Below are positions 60,381-64,000 of a stretch of DNA of 64,000 nt, one piece after another. The stretch spans positions 1 to 64,000 of the forward strand of contig NIVC01001427.1 in assembly GCA_002269645.1 (NCBI GenBank), read 5' to 3'. The notes under the pieces are model-generated. The model made no database searches. It was not told the DNA's origin and was given only the letters and a program-made list of their open reading frames with translations. A program made the position numbers and the translations under genes. Each line of letters starts with the position of its first letter. The stretch's first letter is position 1. The DNA is from Macrostomum lignano (taxonomy: Eukaryota).

Positions 60381-60690
60381 TAATAATAATAATAATAATT
60401 GATGTATAAAACTTGCCCTAATGGGCAGATGTGCAACCGACAGCTCAGCCGCAGCTATTGCGCGGCGCATCTGAAGGCTGCGTACGACTGTTCAGTCCAA
60501 GGACTGGGGGGTCGCCACACACCCTCAATTACCCCAGCTAATGCTGGCATCATTTTACAGCTGGGTGAACTGAAGCAATGCAAAGTTAGGTGTCTTGCTC
60601 AAGGACACAAATTGTTCCAGTAGGATCGGGAATCGAACCCTCGACCTTCAAGTGGTGAGTCCGACGCTTTAACCACTAGGCTACAACCCT
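60381..60690 (-). mobile_element. tRNA-derived CORE-like SINE, copy 5, with (TTA)n tail
   Basis: Reverse-strand copy with A/B boxes at 60630-60685, the CORE-like block and (TAA)6 at 60381-60398. Confidence 0.88.
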
Positions 60691-61730
60691 CCCGTTGTAG
60701 CCTCGTTTTGCTTGACTACTAAGAGTAATATGAATGAACATGCACTGCCTATGGTTTCCGGCCTTCCAATGCTAACAGATCTCTTGTAACCCACACTCAC
60801 AGAGTCGCCCGGTGTAGGCTCACAGCTTTGTTGTTGTCTGAAGCTGACTTGATTGACAGCTTGATGGAGGACATGGCTTAATGGCCGCCTGCCTGACAGA
60901 GTATTCTAAGCAAGCAATTAGGATTCAAACGAGAAATGTGAAAGAAATTATAGCTTTAATTAATCATTCAGGCAAAGAAGCAGCTTAAATTAATTAATTC
61001 TCGGTTTAATAGGTTTCCTATTATATCCGGATACTGGTTATCGAGTTTGAGGCCTCCCTTTTCCTAAGGATAGGATCTGCCGACCGATTCCGATACCCTT
61101 AGAGGATTATTGATTGATTTATTTTGTTACCCTAGAGTAACCGATAGGAGCACACGACTCCGATTCCGTTATTTCTAGAAGAAGACGCCCTTTCTGGAGG
61201 ACCTCGTTATTGATATAGAGTTGAATTTGTTATTAGGGCGCATCTTTGATACTGATTTCTGCACTCGAGGAACATTTTGATTGCTGCACTCGAGGAATAC
61301 TGCGACGTCGACGGATTAAATTGTTGCGCTCTCACTTTCGGCCGATTTTGGAATCCAAGAAGACTACTCCGGAGGAAGACGTGTTGAAGAAACGAGCTCG
61401 GAGAACCTGCCCGACAAAGAAGAGGAGCCGGCACCAGTAAGTGATCACTGAATTTTGTTTGCAGGCTTGAGGTCTGGAAGTGGGAGTTTTCGGGTGACTA
61501 ATCACCACCCGATCAAACTCTTTAACAATGGGACTAACAACCCTGTATGATTATAATTGAATTTATTGGATTGAATTATAGATTAAACTTCTGTGGAATC
61601 AGTGAGTGGGGCCGCAGGGCCTCGTATATTTATTTTCGTAAATTGATTAGGGTGGTTAGTTGGGTGCTGATACGAAAAGAGGATTGGAGTACGCGACTGA
61701 GGAAGAGGTAAGATTAATGGGCCAATCAGA

Positions 61731-61923
61731 AGATAAGAATGACAAGGGTGAATCAGAAGGCCTCGAAGCGAAGAGATAAGAATGACGAGGGTGAATCAGA
61801 AGGCCGCGAAGGGAAGAGATAAGAATGACGAGGGTGAATCAGAAGGCCGCGAAGGGAAGAGATAAGAATGACAAGGGTGAATCAGAAGGCCGCGAAGGGA
61901 AGAAATAAGAATGACAAGGGTGA
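61731..61923. repeat. 43-bp tandem repeat, about 4.5 copies
   Basis: GATAAGAATGACGAGGGTGAATCAGAAGGCCGCGAAGGGAAGA recurs at 61775, 61818 and 61861. Confidence 0.93.
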
Positions 61924-62640
61924 ACTACAAAACAGAGTAAACAGGCAGATATCTGAAGAATAGATTAACAAATTTGCGACACAGGTTCTCGTTGATAATG
62001 GCGTCACTTAAGCAGTGTGGTAGACAAGGTTCGAGAACAATAGGAAGTAAGTAAAACAAGAGCTATGGGACAATGAGGGAACAATAAATTGCGGAAGATG
62101 AGAAAATAAATTCGGGTGTTTGGGTTAGTGATCACGAGATTTGGGCGTGCGACACTGCCACACCGTCTTTCTTGTGCGTTCTTGGACTTGCGGGGATTTC
62201 AGAATTCGATGTACGTTCATGCGTACTCACAGTAACAATAAGAGTATAGTATGAAAAGGCAGTCAGTTTCTGGTCTAGTAGTACTTTTCCACTCACTAGC
62301 GACCGAAACTGCGCTTCAATACGATGCGAAACCAATATTCCCGTGTAGAAAACAAAAATTTGAGTATGTTGGGACTTTGTAGAGTCATTAAAAGTCCCAC
62401 GCATCTTGTCCGTGAGAATAGAGAAAAAGGAATTTGTCAACTTAAACCTCAGTTTGGATGCCTCCGCTATGGCTGCGCTAAACTAAAGAGACTAAAGAAA
62501 GAGATGGGAATATCAACGGTCATCACCCTCCGCCGTTGATACACACAACAGATGTACGAGTAAAAAGCGACTGAAAACTATGCAACAGTCATGCGATTGC
62601 TCAATTTTGCCTTTCGTTTGATGACGCTGTGAACGAGCCT

Positions 62641-63705
62641 TTAGTACTCTCCTAGGCATTGCGTGTTCAGGTTTGCAAATAAAAAAGAAAATGGCACCGC
62701 CATCATTGCGACTCCGAAGATGACGAACGCTTTGAAGAACACTCGATCAGCGGAAGATCCGACAGTCTTCCATTCGTTTTCGACAAAAGTGGCGTTGGAA
62801 GTCTGTGATGCCGATACGTCGCCATCTGCATCGGCTGTGGTGCGTGTGACTGTCCGCTTAGAACTTTCTCCGACAACGAATCGGTTGAGGAAGAGTGCAC
62901 GGACGACCCGACTGCTGACGCTGCTCTCTTGCCTGAAGTGACAGCTGAGAACGAACGCGTTGCAGAGCACATTTACAATTGTCATGACCACGGCCAAGCT
63001 GAAGTACCAGGCTGGAATGTGAGGCAAGTGTCAAATTCAGATAGACTGCTCACGCAATGGAAGCAATCGAGAGACTCACTGATAAACGGCACGGACTCGC
63101 TCTGCGTAGGCGTGTAGTTGCCAACCAGCTGCAGGAACACGCACATGGACAGCACGATGGTGATGCTGAAGGAGACTCGCTCGCCACACTCGGGAGGCAG
63201 GCAAAAGGCGAGCGCGGAGACTCCAAGGAGAAGAATGCAGGGCAGCATCAGGTTTATCATGTAGAAAGTCGGAAGTCGCTGTAATTACGAGCGTAGAATT
63301 CCTAATCTAGTATTTCATGTTTCTACGAGTAAAGCATGATTTCAAGAAATTGTACCAAGATCTGGACAACAACTCACTTGAAATCCGACCCGGAGCTCGG
63401 CTGTGTCGTACAGGCCAAACGATCCGTTTTCTAGCCGGGCCCACAGAATGCAGAACTCGCTGCTCTTGATGACGAGCACATCAGGCGCATCATTCTGGTA
63501 CAGGGACTTGATGCGGACTCGAGTCGATCCCGTGACTTGCTGCAGACTCGAGAGCCTGACGAGACAGTTTTGCTCATCGAACGGAAACAGCTGCATTTGC
63601 ATGCTGCACTTGGTGGACAGAATCATTCCTGTGCTCCACAGCACAATGCCTGAGGACATCACCGAAAGAATCGCGCGGCCCTCTGTAGCGTCCGAGATTT
63701 CCACC
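62641..63705 (-). CDS. Divergent Cys-loop ligand-gated cation channel subunit, copy 2 (last three exons; 5' exons not in the window)
   Basis: Exons 63705-63378, 63278-63080 and 63011-62641 have the same lengths and phases as copy 1 exons 4-6, offset by 5633-5641 bp. The ORF is intact. Confidence 0.92.
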
Positions 63706-64000
63706 CTAGAGTGAATTGTTTAAATGAAGGCACTCATTGAGAGCAGTTTCAATTCGTCAGTCGTCAGAACGTCAGAACTTAATTTCTTCAGTACTTAGTC
63801 TCTGCAGTGCATGCATCAAGCAGGATATCTTTTTTAGTTTGATTGAGTAGCTTTTTATTTAATCCATTTGCTTGTAGAGCGTATGTCCGAGACACAAAAA
63901 TTTTGTTGCACTGGGATACCTGCAAAGGTTTTCCTAATTGGGTTATTTTATACCTAAGTTCGAAATTTTCCCTTTATCAGTTTGCGTTGCCTTAAGAAGT

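Noticed and set aside
60900-62600. Possible LTR or retroelement remnant between the channel copies
   Set aside because: No TG...CA termini, PBS or gag/pol motif could be supported.

Overview
Eukaryotic (animal) genomic DNA, not prokaryotic. It has GC-rich exons with GT-AG introns, many intronic minisatellites, AT-rich spacers, a tRNA-derived SINE family and several transposon remnants. The style suggests a free-living flatworm such as Macrostomum; this is an inference and was not tested. Genes reconstructed by eye, in order: (1) an atypical Gyc88E-like soluble guanylate cyclase (5' exons only, minus); (2) a large secreted F5/8-type-C (discoidin) protein gene broken by about nine frame disruptions (minus); (3) a complete 3-exon tetraspanin (plus); (4) a complete 17-exon coiled-coil gene of about 1300 aa (plus); (5) a TRIM2/3-like filamin-NHL gene with no visible RING or B-box (minus); (6) a divergent intronless RPS24 paralog (plus); (7) a spliced ankyrin-repeat plus catalytically dead caspase fusion (plus); (8) two tandem divergent Cys-loop cation-channel subunits (minus; one complete, one running off the window). 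Mobile elements: a 5'-truncated LOA/R1-group LINE with a 14-bp TSD, five copies of a CORE-like SINE, two TIR elements with 8-bp TSDs and a MULE remnant. The most interesting items are the tandem Cys-loop receptors, which lack the loop-B Trp and the vicinal Cys pair and differ from each other mainly in loops E and F, and the ankyrin-pseudocaspase. Most long ORFs in the track are artefacts of stop-free minisatellites or antisense shadows. All alignments are from memory of the families; no database search was run.
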